Shown here one piece after another: positions 31,675-44,616 of a stretch of DNA of 64,000 nt. The notes under the pieces were generated by a model. It searched no databases. It was not told where the DNA came from and was given only the letters and a program-made list of their open reading frames with translations. Source of the stretch: Kocuria sp. (GTDB taxonomy: Bacteria > Actinomycetota > Actinomycetes > Actinomycetales > Micrococcaceae); assembly GCA_030524035.1 (NCBI GenBank), contig JAUNHG010000001.1, positions 680,819 through 744,818 on the forward strand, read 5' to 3'. The stretch's first letter is position 1. Every line of letters starts with the position of its first letter. The position numbers and the translations under genes were made by a program.

Positions 31675-31899
31675 TTATCCCACGTCCACGGCGGTGCCGC
31701 TACGGACGGCTTCGGCGGTTTCCTGATGTTTTTGCTCCACCCACTGGTCAAAAACGCTGATCTGAACGCGCCACTGCCCACGCCCACCAATTTGGATGGC
31801 GGGTAGTTCTCCGGTGCGCACCATGGCACGTACCTGAGCCGGGGACGCATTCAAGATTTCTGCCACGTCCGACAGGGTGTAGAACTGGGCGTCAGCCAC
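31675..31899 (-). CDS. Small helix-turn-helix DNA-binding protein (excisionase/MerR-like HTH_17 type)
   Basis: 74 aa. YTLSDVAEILNASPAQVRAMVRTGELPAIQIGGRGQWRV is the excisionase-family HTH. GTG start is preceded by AAGGAG at 5 nt. Confidence 0.65.
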   Translation of the reverse strand: MADAQFYTLSDVAEILNASPAQVRAMVRTGELPAIQIGGRGQWRVQISVFDQWVEQKHQETAEAVRSGTAVDVG

Positions 31900-32173
31900 A
31901 TGTGCTCCTTAGGGCATTCGTTGCTACCACATGTTGTTCGTAGGATGCTGGTTCGGTCTCTCGTGTATACCAGTGTGCCATTGCTGTGGCTCGTCAGACG
32001 GGTTCTCCACAGGCTCTGCTGTCCTAACGGCTCAAGATGCGTCCACGCCGGGTTCATCCACAGGCCGGTTACCGGTCTCGAAACTGCGCCTCATTGTGCT
32101 TCACTATGGTCCAGAACACAGCAGTTCGCGGTTTCCTACATGACGGTAACCGCTTGGGGAACAAGGAGTATCT

Positions 32174-32902
32174 GTGGCTGGTGGGGTCAGCGCATACGGT
32201 GATGCTGCGGCAATGGGCCGTTCACGATCAAGTCGTTCAACGACGGAAAATAACACGGTACAAGGCGCTCAGCTGCGTGCTGGGCATCGGTTTCGTCGCC
32301 CTGGCTGGCGGGAACCCCGACTATTAGTTGGCCTGGGGTTGGTCGTACTTGCCGTCACTGGGACTGTTGCCACCGTGGCGTTAACGAACAGCACACAACA
32401 ATACGTTGTGGCTGCTCGTGACTTGGATGTTGGCACCCGCGTCAGTGCAGAAGACTTCCGTACGGTTGATGTTCGTCTGGATGGCACAGCCGGTACGTAT
32501 TTGCTGGGGTCCACTCCACTGCAAGAAGGTGCAGTGATCGTTGACCGAATCCCTAGCGGTCAGTTGGTTCCTGCGGATGCGGTCGGGGATAGTTCTGATT
32601 TAGATCGTCGGCCTATGGGCATCCCCTTGACGACGGCATTACCGGGTAGCGCGGGTGCTGGCGACACCGTGGACGTATGGGTTTCAGAGCGTGAAAACAA
32701 CGGTCGGGGGTGGTCACAACCTCGGCAAATTTTGACGGGAGCGGAACTGGCGTCCGTGGATCAGGCGTCCGGGGCGCTGGGGGCTAGTCAACAGATGACA
32801 GCACAGGTTTTGGTTGATGAAGCAGACGTGAGTGCGGTGGTGGATGCTTTGGCCACAGAGTCACGGATCACAGTGGTGCCTCATGTTGGGGGTGGCAGGT
32901 GA
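32174..32902 (+). CDS. cpaB: Flp pilus assembly protein CpaB/RcpC-like (SAF domain)
   Basis: N-terminal TM helix (LLVGLGLVVLAVTGTVATVAL), then SAF-like VVAARDLDVGTRVSAEDF...GAVIVDRIPSGQLV. GTG start follows AAGGAG. Confidence 0.55.
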   Translation: MAGGVSAYGDAAAMGRSRSSRSTTENNTVQGAQLRAGHRFRRPGWREPRLLVGLGLVVLAVTGTVATVALTNSTQQYVVAARDLDVGTRVSAEDFRTVDVRLDGTAGTYLLGSTPLQEGAVIVDRIPSGQLVPADAVGDSSDLDRRPMGIPLTTALPGSAGAGDTVDVWVSERENNGRGWSQPRQILTGAELASVDQASGALGASQQMTAQVLVDEADVSAVVDALATESRITVVPHVGGGR

Positions 32903-34320
32903 GTGTTTCTCTGACCAGTCTGGGTGCTACCGCTGATGCGGTCGCCCATGCGGTGGACCGGTTACATGGTCCAGTGACCTTGGTACGCCGTAGTTATGAC
33001 CTCGTAGAAGTACTTTCTGTGGTGCACTCTGGTTTGGCGAATGCGGTACTGGTGGCTGAAGGGGCGGAGCATATAGGTGCTGAGGCCATGGATTCGCTGT
33101 ATCAAGCTCGGGCGGTCGTGGGGGTGGTGGAAGGTTTTGATGACGCCCGCTTGGTAGAGCTCGGTGCGTATCGCGTCCCTGCCAATGCTCAAGCATCGGA
33201 TGCAGCACGCATGGTGATTGAGGCAGCGCAACACGGTGTACGGCATGGCTCTACGCTTGCTTCCCGATCTGCCCATGAGACGGAAGGGCTCATCCAAGAC
33301 CAGGCCGTACAACATCATGATCCCGCTGGTGATACAAGCGATCCATGGGCAGATGAGTCCCTTCCTGATACCTCGCATGCCGTCATGTCAGAGGATGCTG
33401 GTCATCAGCCTTCAGGGATCGTGGTGGTATGGGGTCCTCATGGCTCCCCGGGCCGCAGCACGGTGGCGGTCAATGTGGCAGCTGAAATTGCCCACCTAGG
33501 TTATCCAGTAACTGTGGTGGATCTGGATACGTGGGGGCCGTCCGTTGCCACCATGCTCGGGTTGCTTGATGAAACAGCCGGAGTGGCTTTGGCGTGCCGA
33601 GCGGCGGATCGTCATCGACTGGATCATGCAGCCTTGGACCGTGCGTCGGTGCGGGTGGATTTAGGGGGCGCGCATATGGATGTGCTAACAGGTCTGACCC
33701 GCCCGGAACGTTGGCCTGAACTGCGTGGTGGTTCTGTCGACAAGATGCTCCAGGCCTGCCGGAACCTTCCGAGTGGGCAACAAGGGGCACCCCCTATTGT
33801 GGTGGTGGATGTTGGTTTTTGTCTCGACGAGGACGAGGAACTGAGCTTTGACACCCAAGCGCCCCAGCGTAACGCGGCAGCTTTGACGGCCGTAGAGGTT
33901 GCTGACGTAGTGGTCGCGGTGGTTTCTGCTGATGTAGTGGGGTTGACCCGGGCAGCTACTTCTTTACCCGGACTGCTGGAACGTACGACAGGTGCTGTGA
34001 TGGTGGTGGCGAATAAGGTCCGCCAAACCGCAGCGGGACGATCACCACGGGCCGGTGTTCGCGATGCGTGGGAGTCCATGGGGGTGCCTGTGCGTATTAA
34101 TGACTATCTCTCTTTCGATCCCATCACAATGGACCAAGCGTTGTTAGACGGGTCAGTATTGTTGGAAAGTTCGGGAAAGTCCGCGGTGCGCGCTGAAATC
34201 AACGCCATTGCTCAGAATGTGTTACGCCGTTTGTCGGGTGACGATGTTGTGGAAGCGCAGGAAGAGGTCATCAAACAAACACGTTTTGGTCGCAGAATGG
34301 GAGCATGGTTGCGACGGTGA
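32899..34320 (+). CDS. tadZ: TadZ/CpaE-like (Ssd-like) ParA/MinD-superfamily protein with an N-terminal receiver-like domain
   Basis: Degenerate Walker A in VVWGPHGSPGRSTVAVNVAAE, then ...VVDLD.... Domain order matches actinobacterial TadZ/Ssd. 4-bp overlap with cpaB. Confidence 0.6.
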   Translation: MSVSLTSLGATADAVAHAVDRLHGPVTLVRRSYDLVEVLSVVHSGLANAVLVAEGAEHIGAEAMDSLYQARAVVGVVEGFDDARLVELGAYRVPANAQASDAARMVIEAAQHGVRHGSTLASRSAHETEGLIQDQAVQHHDPAGDTSDPWADESLPDTSHAVMSEDAGHQPSGIVVVWGPHGSPGRSTVAVNVAAEIAHLGYPVTVVDLDTWGPSVATMLGLLDETAGVALACRAADRHRLDHAALDRASVRVDLGGAHMDVLTGLTRPERWPELRGGSVDKMLQACRNLPSGQQGAPPIVVVDVGFCLDEDEELSFDTQAPQRNAAALTAVEVADVVVAVVSADVVGLTRAATSLPGLLERTTGAVMVVANKVRQTAAGRSPRAGVRDAWESMGVPVRINDYLSFDPITMDQALLDGSVLLESSGKSAVRAEINAIAQNVLRRLSGDDVVEAQEEVIKQTRFGRRMGAWLRR

Positions 34321-34405
34321 TAATCTTCCAAAGAGCCTGATCAATTCGGTTGCATGTGCCCGTTGGCAGGTCCTTTTCACCTAATTCTGAGGGAAAGTTA
34401 CGCTA

Positions 34406-35962
34406 TTGCCGCTTACCATCCTGCAGGATCGCCCAGAAGTTTCCGAAGAAGCCTTAGAACACCTCCGGGTTCTTTTAGGTGAATGGCAAATCTTGGCCGA
34501 CTTAGGTATGGGGGACGTGTTGTTGACAGTTCCTCGTGACCGCGCGGGGGGAGGAGTAGATCCCGCTCGTCCGGCGGTAGGTGCCTCGATGATCATCGCC
34601 GCCCACACCCGTTCCGGCACCGCACCCACCGCGTATGTTGAGGATCTCCTGGGGACGGTGGTGGAGGATCAGCTGGGGGATTTTCTCAGGGAAGTCTGGA
34701 ACAGCCCCACTATCTGCGTTTATCGGGATCGGCGCGCGCATACTCAAGTTTTTGCGGTGCCCATTGTCTACCACAAATCCACACTCGCCGTGTTATCGCT
34801 ACATGCCGAACTTGGGGACCGGCGGCTCTCTGGCATGGATTTGACCTATCGAGACTGCGCACTTGACTTGATGAAGATGGCGCGGACTTGTCAATGGCCT
34901 GCGGCTGGAGTGCCAACAGCTCCCGGGCGTGGTGTACCCCGCGTAGGTGATGGTTTGATTTGTTTGACTGCAGAGGGATGGGTGCGGTTTATGTCTCCCA
35001 ACGCTGTCTCTGCTATCAATCGGCTCAGTGCGGTGTCCAAAGTCATGGGGGAGTCCTTGACGGAGGTCTTGGAGGCTGCTTTGCCTGTGGGGCAGCAGGT
35101 TGACGAGTGCTTGGTGGGAGTGCTGCGCGGCCGGATCACGGATTATGCCGAATTGCGAAGTGGTCGTACCGCTGTGATGTTCCGCTCCGTTCCGCTTGTG
35201 TTTGACGGTGAGCGATCTGGAGCCATCGTGTTGTGTCGGGATGTATCTGAGCTGCGTCGCAGGGAACGTGAAGTGTCTTCTAAAGACGCCACGATTCGCG
35301 AAACCCACCATCGGGTTAAAAACAGCTTGCAGACAGTAGCGGCTCTGCTACGGATGCAGACCCGCCGTGCGACATCAGAAGAAGAGAAACGCGGATTAGC
35401 CCAAGCTATGGGTCGGGTCGACACCGTGGCCATGGTTCATGATGCGTTGTCAGAAACCCCGGAAGGGGCGGTGGACTTTGATGCCTATTTCGCTCGTCAA
35501 CTACGCACAATTGTGGAGTTGGCTGCTGCGGACGCCCACGTTGATGCCGTTTTGGAAGGCAATTTTGGTGAGATTCCGGGGCATATGGTGACTCCATTAG
35601 CTTTGGTGCTCAATGAGGTGGTCACTAATGCTGTGGAACATGGTCTAGCCGGGGGAGGAGGAACAGTTAAAGTTACCGCGTCTCGCCGGTCAGTGGGCAC
35701 CGCCGTAGTAACACGCCGTGGTCCCGTGGAAGAGTTGGTGGTTGTGGTGCAGGACGACGGTGTTGGCCTACCGCATGATGTTTCGATGGGTGCTAGCACT
35801 GAAAAAGGTGAATCTTCACAGGTACAGCTTCAGGGGTTGGGTTCCAGGATTGTGCGTAATCTGGTGCGGGGTGAGCTGGACGGAACTATCAGGTGGGAAC
35901 GAGCAGAAAAGAGCGGCACAATCGTCGAAACGATTGTGCCGCTCTATGCGGATTCGGCCTAA
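34406..35962 (+). CDS. pdtaS: HisKA_2-type sensor histidine kinase with GAF/PAS sensor region (PdtaS-like)
   Basis: H-box ETHHRVKNSLQTVAALLRMQTRR, HATPase_c (LNEVVTNAVEHG, DDGVGLP). N-terminus aligns with mycobacterial PdtaS (...GEWQILADL...). Adjacent to whiB1 as in M. tuberculosis. Confidence 0.75.
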   Translation: MPLTILQDRPEVSEEALEHLRVLLGEWQILADLGMGDVLLTVPRDRAGGGVDPARPAVGASMIIAAHTRSGTAPTAYVEDLLGTVVEDQLGDFLREVWNSPTICVYRDRRAHTQVFAVPIVYHKSTLAVLSLHAELGDRRLSGMDLTYRDCALDLMKMARTCQWPAAGVPTAPGRGVPRVGDGLICLTAEGWVRFMSPNAVSAINRLSAVSKVMGESLTEVLEAALPVGQQVDECLVGVLRGRITDYAELRSGRTAVMFRSVPLVFDGERSGAIVLCRDVSELRRREREVSSKDATIRETHHRVKNSLQTVAALLRMQTRRATSEEEKRGLAQAMGRVDTVAMVHDALSETPEGAVDFDAYFARQLRTIVELAAADAHVDAVLEGNFGEIPGHMVTPLALVLNEVVTNAVEHGLAGGGGTVKVTASRRSVGTAVVTRRGPVEELVVVVQDDGVGLPHDVSMGASTEKGESSQVQLQGLGSRIVRNLVRGELDGTIRWERAEKSGTIVETIVPLYADSA

Positions 35963-35974
35963 GTTGCTTGCGGG

Positions 35975-36223
35975 TCAGGACGCTCGGCGAGCTCGAGCAT
36001 TGCGACGTTTGAGGGCGCGGCGTTCGTCCTCACTCATGCCGCCCCACACACCGGAGTCCTGGCCAGAGGACATAGCCCAGCTCAAGCATTCATCCATCAC
36101 GAGGCAAGTACGACACACCGCTTTGGCCTCTTCGATTTGCAGAAGTGCGGGACCGGTATTGCCCACCGGGAAAAACAGTTCAGGGTCCTTCTCCAAGCAG
36201 GCCGCGCGAGAGCGCCAATCCAT
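35975..36223 (-). CDS. whiB1: WhiB-family [4Fe-4S] transcription factor (WhiB1-like)
   Basis: Four Cys (C-x21-C-x2-C-x5-C: AACLEKD...CRTCLVMDEC) plus the G[VI]WGG motif and a basic C-terminal tail. RBS GAAAGGAG. Confidence 0.85.
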   Translation of the reverse strand: MDWRSRAACLEKDPELFFPVGNTGPALLQIEEAKAVCRTCLVMDECLSWAMSSGQDSGVWGGMSEDERRALKRRNARARRAS

Positions 36224-36461
36224 GAGCGATGGCTCCTTTCAAACGCACAACCCAGTGGAGATCATCAGTGGACTCGGACAGGAGTGCGATAACGATTAAT
36301 GCGGGCGCCGACCGGAAGACCAGCGGCGCCTCAAAACTTGCCTAGACTTTCGCATGTGAACACCGCGTGAACAAGGGGTTTGGGAGGTTCGTCACACACT
36401 TCTTGCCGTTCTTCATATGAAACTCATGGATCACGCCCACCTAGATGCGTAAGGAGGCACT

Positions 36462-36893
36462 GTGTCTGCCGTCCGTCCCACGGGTTCATCTGAACCACCC
36501 CGTAGGTTCTTCCGGCCAGCGGCGCTGGTACCTCTAGTGTTGGTGGTGGCAGCGCAGGCTGTGTGTTTAGGGATTGGTGCTTTCAGTATGCTGTTGGGCT
36601 TGATTACTGGTGACGTCTGGTCAGTGCCTGGAGCTGTTTTCTTGACAGTGGTCTTTGGTGGCGGTTGCTTGTGGTTGTTGAGTGCCGCGCGCGGGCTCTG
36701 GCGTGGCAAGCGGTGGCCGCGTGCAGCCGCGTTAACCGCACAGCTTTTTTCCGTGGTGGCAGCTGGGGCGATCCTCGCGCCGTTCACACCGCTTGGGGCC
36801 GGTGCTCTTGTGCTGGCTGCCGCCGTGGCCATGGTGTGTTTGTTTACTCCGGCGGTGGTTGATTGGACCACCCAGGACCTCCACGCACGATGA
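36462..36893 (+). CDS. Small integral membrane protein (4 predicted TM helices)
   Basis: Hydrophobic 143-aa ORF. No other homology recognised. Confidence 0.4.
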   Translation: MSAVRPTGSSEPPRRFFRPAALVPLVLVVAAQAVCLGIGAFSMLLGLITGDVWSVPGAVFLTVVFGGGCLWLLSAARGLWRGKRWPRAAALTAQLFSVVAAGAILAPFTPLGAGALVLAAAVAMVCLFTPAVVDWTTQDLHAR

Positions 36894-36924
36894 AAATTCT
36901 GGGTGATTCAGTTTCCTGCCGTGA

Positions 36925-40315
<3,391 letters not shown>

Positions 40316-40319
<4 letters not shown>

Positions 40320-41188
40320 GTTCAGCGGCATCTGATTTGATGGTCCCTGGTACAGGTCGGGGACTATTAGATGTTTTCCATCATCGTTATTTATTGCGAT
40401 TGATTGTAGATAAAGAAATCCAAATTCGGTACCGGGGGACGGTGCTGGGATTGGTGTGGTCCTATCTGAAGCCTGCGGTGCAGTTCGCAGTGTTTTATAT
40501 AGCCATGGGAATTTTTCTAGGCCTAAACCGTGGTTTAACTAACTTTGCCGTCTATCTCTTCGCGGGAATTGTTCTCATCAACTTTTTCAGTGAGATTTTT
40601 GGAAATGCTTCGCGCTCGATTACGAGCAATGGTGGACTACTGAAGAAAATTTACCTTCCACGGCAGCTCTTTCCGGTATCTAACCTGTTTGTGGCCCTGG
40701 TTCACTTTGTGCCACAAATCATCATATTAGTAATCGCTGCACTTGCTACGGGGTGGCTCTCAGGAGTGGGCTTTAAGCAGGTTTTAGCCATTCCGGTAGC
40801 CCTAATTATCATTGCGCCGTTTGCATTGGGATTGGGGTTGATGTTTGCAACCTTCAATGTGTTCTTCCGGGATGCGGAAAATTTTGTGGACATGATTTTG
40901 ATGGTTGCCACATGGGCTTCTCCTGTGCTCTACGCCTGGACTATGGTGCGTGATCAGCTGTGGAACTGGGTGTATTACCTCTACTTCTTGAATCCGATTA
41001 CAGTTGCGGTTGAGTTATTTCATTATGGATTTTGGTACCCTACGGTGAATAATCCTGAGCTATGGCACTTGCCGCCGCATCTGCTGTCCATATGGGCTCC
41101 TATTGCTGTGGTAATTTCTTTCGTGACTTTGTTTGTAGGGGATGCCATGTTCCGTCGTTACGAAGGTAATTTTGCCCAGGAGCTCTGA
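40316..41188 (+). CDS. wzm: ABC-2 type polysaccharide exporter permease (Wzm/RfbD-like)
   Basis: Six-TM ABC-2 permease with the typical N-terminus (...LLRLIVDKEIQIRYRGTVLGLVW). AAGGAG RBS. ATGA overlap with glfT2. Confidence 0.75.
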
Positions 41189-41195
41189 TCTACCT

Positions 41196-42161
41196 ATGAC
41201 AACTATTCCTTTTAAGAAGCCGGGCGTGGTCCACAGTGAGGAAACTGTGGCTATTCGCGCTAAGGAGATGACCAAGTGGTTTGTGCTGCGACATACTCGC
41301 TCCATTAAGGAAGCGTTTGTGTGGCTGGTGAAGGGCCGCAAAGGGGATTTGTCAGATAAGTTTAAGGCTCTGGATGGTGTCACCTTTGATATCCATGATG
41401 GTGAGACCGTGGCCTTACTGGGCTTTAACGGGTCAGGTAAGTCCACCACCCTCAAAATGATTTCTGGTGTGATGCACCCAGATTCTGGGTATGTAGGAAC
41501 TCGCCGCAAGGTGGCGGGGTTGATTGAGGTGGGGGCGGGTTTCCACCCTGACCTTAGCGGTCGGGATAACGTGTATTTGAACGGCGCCATTTTGGGTATG
41601 GATAAAGCGGAGATTGACTCAAAGTTTGATGACATCGTGGCCTTCTCTGAAATCGGCGAATTCATTGATACTGAGGTTAAGTTTTACTCCTCTGGAATGT
41701 ACTTGCGGCTAGCTTTTGCGGTAGCTATCCATACAGATCCGGAAGTTTTTCTGGTGGATGAGATTCTTTCTGTGGGGGACGAGCCTTTCCAGAAAAAATG
41801 CATTCGGCGCATTAAGGACCTAGTGCGTCGGGGGAAGACTCTTGTGGTGGTTTCCCATGATCTGGATTTGATTATGGATATTTGTGAACGTGGTATTGTA
41901 TTAGAGCACGGAAACATTGTGTACGACGGCCCCTCGGTGGGGGCAGTGGCTCGATTGCGTGACCGTCCGGTTGAGGAAGTGCAGCGCGAACAAAACGAAC
42001 GTGTGGAGCGCCGGTTGTACTGGAAGCGCGAAGAACGCGCTAAAGAAGCGGCAGAAGCTGCCGAACGTGGCGAGTCATACGTACCGGAATATGACCCCGA
42101 ACTTGATGATCCAGCCGACTTAGACGACCCCGACAAAGTGAAGCGCACTAAAGGGCTGTGA
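41196..42161 (+). CDS. wzt: ABC transporter ATP-binding protein (Wzt/RfbE-like) with a charged C-terminal extension
   Basis: Walker A GFNGSGKST, signature YSSGMYLRLAFA, Walker B FLVDEILSVGD. KE-rich then acidic tail of about 60 aa. Confidence 0.8.
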   Translation: MTTIPFKKPGVVHSEETVAIRAKEMTKWFVLRHTRSIKEAFVWLVKGRKGDLSDKFKALDGVTFDIHDGETVALLGFNGSGKSTTLKMISGVMHPDSGYVGTRRKVAGLIEVGAGFHPDLSGRDNVYLNGAILGMDKAEIDSKFDDIVAFSEIGEFIDTEVKFYSSGMYLRLAFAVAIHTDPEVFLVDEILSVGDEPFQKKCIRRIKDLVRRGKTLVVVSHDLDLIMDICERGIVLEHGNIVYDGPSVGAVARLRDRPVEEVQREQNERVERRLYWKREERAKEAAEAAERGESYVPEYDPELDDPADLDDPDKVKRTKGL

Positions 42162-42397
42162 GGCGTTTTCTAGCGAAAGGCGCTTTGGCGGAACTCCATT
42201 GAAAAGCATAGTAAGTCGTTATGTTTCACAATGGTGTGCGCCCCATGTTTCCTAGTCAATTTCGAGTTTTCCACAGGGTGCTGTTGTGAGATGACTTGAC
42301 GTGCTGACTCCGTCTAGATTCTTGCCCGACAAGTAACCGGCCTACGGGGTGGTTCGGTGGGGATCCGAACTTGGGGCTCAATGACGGGGAGAGCATC

Positions 42398-43759
42398 ATG
42401 GCGCAGTTGCCGACTCGAAGTTCGCGGCGTCATGCGGCGCGCCTGCACACCGGTGCGCCTGAACACGTGCCGGGTCTTGACTTGATTACCTCGGAGCGCC
42501 AAGCCCTGACGTGGGTTCTGGAAACTGTCAGGGAGCGCGTCCGTTTGCAGGGGATTGATCCTGTGGAAGCTCCTGAGCAGGCGGCGGGGATCATCGACTC
42601 AGTTTTACAGGATTATGATCAAGCGTCGGCTCGGGCTGGCCTGGTTTCGTTGGTCGATCTGGACGCCGTCCGCACGGAAGTCATGGACGCTGTGGCAGGT
42701 TTTGGCCTGCTCCAGCCATTGCTGGATGACAATACCGTGGAAGAAATCTGGGTCAATGGACCGGACCAGGTTTTTATGGCCAGGGGCGGTGAATCTGAGC
42801 TCACGGGTTTGCGCATTGATGATGAAGAGTTACGGCGTCTGGTGGAAAGGATGTTGCGCCGGTCCGGTAGGCGTTTGGATCTTAGTTCCCCGTTTGTGGA
42901 TGCCGCATTGCCCGATGGCTCGCGTTTGCACGTGGTGATTCCTGACGTCACCCGGGAACATTGGTCGGTGAATATCCGTAAATTTATTGTGGCGGCCCGA
43001 AGGCTCTCCGATTTAGTAGGGCTGGGCTCTCTGACGCCAGCCGCCGCGTTTTTTCTGTCTGCAGCGGTACGGGCTGGGTTGAACATTCTTGTGTCTGGGG
43101 CCACTCAGGCGGGGAAAACCACCATGCTTAACTGCTTGTGCGCGGAAATTGACCCCCGTCAGAGGGTGGTGACGGTTGAGGAGATCTTTGAACTTCAAGT
43201 TCCGCTGCGCGATGTGGTGGGTATGCAGTGTCGTCAAGCCAATTTGGAAGGCACCGGCGAAATAGCACTGCGCCGTTTGGTGAAGGAAGCCCTGCGGATG
43301 CGACCTGACCGTTTGGTAGTGGGAGAAGTCCGCGAAGCTGAATCCCTGGACATGTTGATTGCCTTGAATTCTGGGTTGCCCGGCATGTGCAGTATTCACG
43401 CGAATTCAGCCAAGGACGCTGTTACGAAAATCTGCACACTGCCGCTGTTGGCTGGGGAAAATATCTCCTCGAACTTTGTGGTTCCCACCGTTGCGGCATC
43501 GTTTGACTTGGTGGTGCATTGCCGTCGCCGTCCTGATGGTTCTCGAGAAGTTGAAGAGATTTTAGCTTTGGGCAACCGTGTGGAGAACGGCATTATCGAA
43601 ACCTATCCGGTATTCACACAGGTGGGGGAGGAACTAACTGCCGTGGCCGGTGAGATCCCCGCCCGACACAAGTTTGAACTTCATGGCATCGCGACATCTG
43701 GATTGCTTGTTGCGCAGCAGCAATCCCCCGCGGAGCAGAAGGGGTGGGGTGCGCGATGA
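42398..43759 (+). CDS. tadA: Tad/Flp pilus secretion ATPase TadA/CpaF (type II/IV secretion NTPase)
   Basis: Walker A VSGATQAGKTT. VirB11/CpaF motifs (RPDRLVVGEVR, LNSGLPGMCSIHANSA). Confidence 0.8.
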   Translation: MAQLPTRSSRRHAARLHTGAPEHVPGLDLITSERQALTWVLETVRERVRLQGIDPVEAPEQAAGIIDSVLQDYDQASARAGLVSLVDLDAVRTEVMDAVAGFGLLQPLLDDNTVEEIWVNGPDQVFMARGGESELTGLRIDDEELRRLVERMLRRSGRRLDLSSPFVDAALPDGSRLHVVIPDVTREHWSVNIRKFIVAARRLSDLVGLGSLTPAAAFFLSAAVRAGLNILVSGATQAGKTTMLNCLCAEIDPRQRVVTVEEIFELQVPLRDVVGMQCRQANLEGTGEIALRRLVKEALRMRPDRLVVGEVREAESLDMLIALNSGLPGMCSIHANSAKDAVTKICTLPLLAGENISSNFVVPTVAASFDLVVHCRRRPDGSREVEEILALGNRVENGIIETYPVFTQVGEELTAVAGEIPARHKFELHGIATSGLLVAQQQSPAEQKGWGAR

Positions 43760-44616
43760 GCTTATTGTTGGGGCTGTGCCTTGGTGCCGGATTGTTTTTG
43801 ATGTGGTGGTCGTTCTGGGAGCGGGCCGAACCACAGCACCGTCAGCGACTACGCCGTAGCGGAGCGGTCCGTAGCCGACTGGATCGGGCCGGTTTGCATG
43901 ATGTCCGCAGTAGCTCATTGGTGGCGCTTTCTCTGGCCTGTTCGTGTGTTGCCGGGTTGGTGACGTGGACGGTTACAGGGGGAGTGGTCTTCGCGGTGTG
44001 CGCTGTGTTGGTTGCCTTTTTCATTCCCTGGGCTTTACTAGGGCAAAGGATGCGGCGTCGCGCCAAACAGTTACGCATGGTATGGCCAGATGTTGTTGAT
44101 CTGTTGCGCTCAGCAATCCGTGCGGGAATGTCTTTACCCGAGGCGTTATCCCAGCTACAGCACCGTGGTCCAGAAGTAGTGCAGCCAGCGTTCGCTCGAT
44201 TTGCCGCAGATTACAGGGCTACGGGGCAATTTATTCCTGCATTAGATGCTCTAAAAGAGGAATTGGCTGATCCTGTAGCGGACAATATTGTGGAATCGTT
44301 GCGGGTCACCAGAGAAGTTGGTGGCACCGATGTAGGACGACTGCTCGGTACCCTTTCTGAATTTTTGCGCGAAAATTCCAGGACCCGGAGCGAATTAGAA
44401 GCCCGCCAGTCTTGGACTATTAACGCCGCCAGACTTTCTGTTGCTGCACCCTGGTTGATTCTGGTGCTGATGACTAGCCAACCAGCCGCTGTTCAGGCAT
44501 ATGACTCACCTGCTGGGGCGCTGGTGCTTCTCGGCGGACTGGGTATTTCTGTGGTGGCATACCGGCTGATGCTCAGGTTAGGGGCGTTGCCGGAACCTGA
44601 GAGGGTGCTGCGATGA
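43744..44616 (+). CDS. tadB: Tad pilus inner-membrane platform protein TadB
   Basis: T2SSF-like membrane protein directly after tadA with an overlapping start. Confidence 0.6.
   Translation: MGCAMSLLLGLCLGAGLFLMWWSFWERAEPQHRQRLRRSGAVRSRLDRAGLHDVRSSSLVALSLACSCVAGLVTWTVTGGVVFAVCAVLVAFFIPWALLGQRMRRRAKQLRMVWPDVVDLLRSAIRAGMSLPEALSQLQHRGPEVVQPAFARFAADYRATGQFIPALDALKEELADPVADNIVESLRVTREVGGTDVGRLLGTLSEFLRENSRTRSELEARQSWTINAARLSVAAPWLILVLMTSQPAAVQAYDSPAGALVLLGGLGISVVAYRLMLRLGALPEPERVLR

Noticed and set aside
36224-36461. CRP-like TGTGA-N6-TCACA site upstream of whiB1
   Set aside because: TGTGA and TCACA pentamers occur but about 35 nt apart. No properly spaced palindrome was found, so no site is called.
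41060-42148. Two long minus-strand ORFs (201 and 154 aa) antisense to wzt
   Set aside because: They lie fully inside a clearly recognisable ABC ATPase gene, are low-complexity and Ser/Arg-rich, and are GC-rich antisense artefacts.
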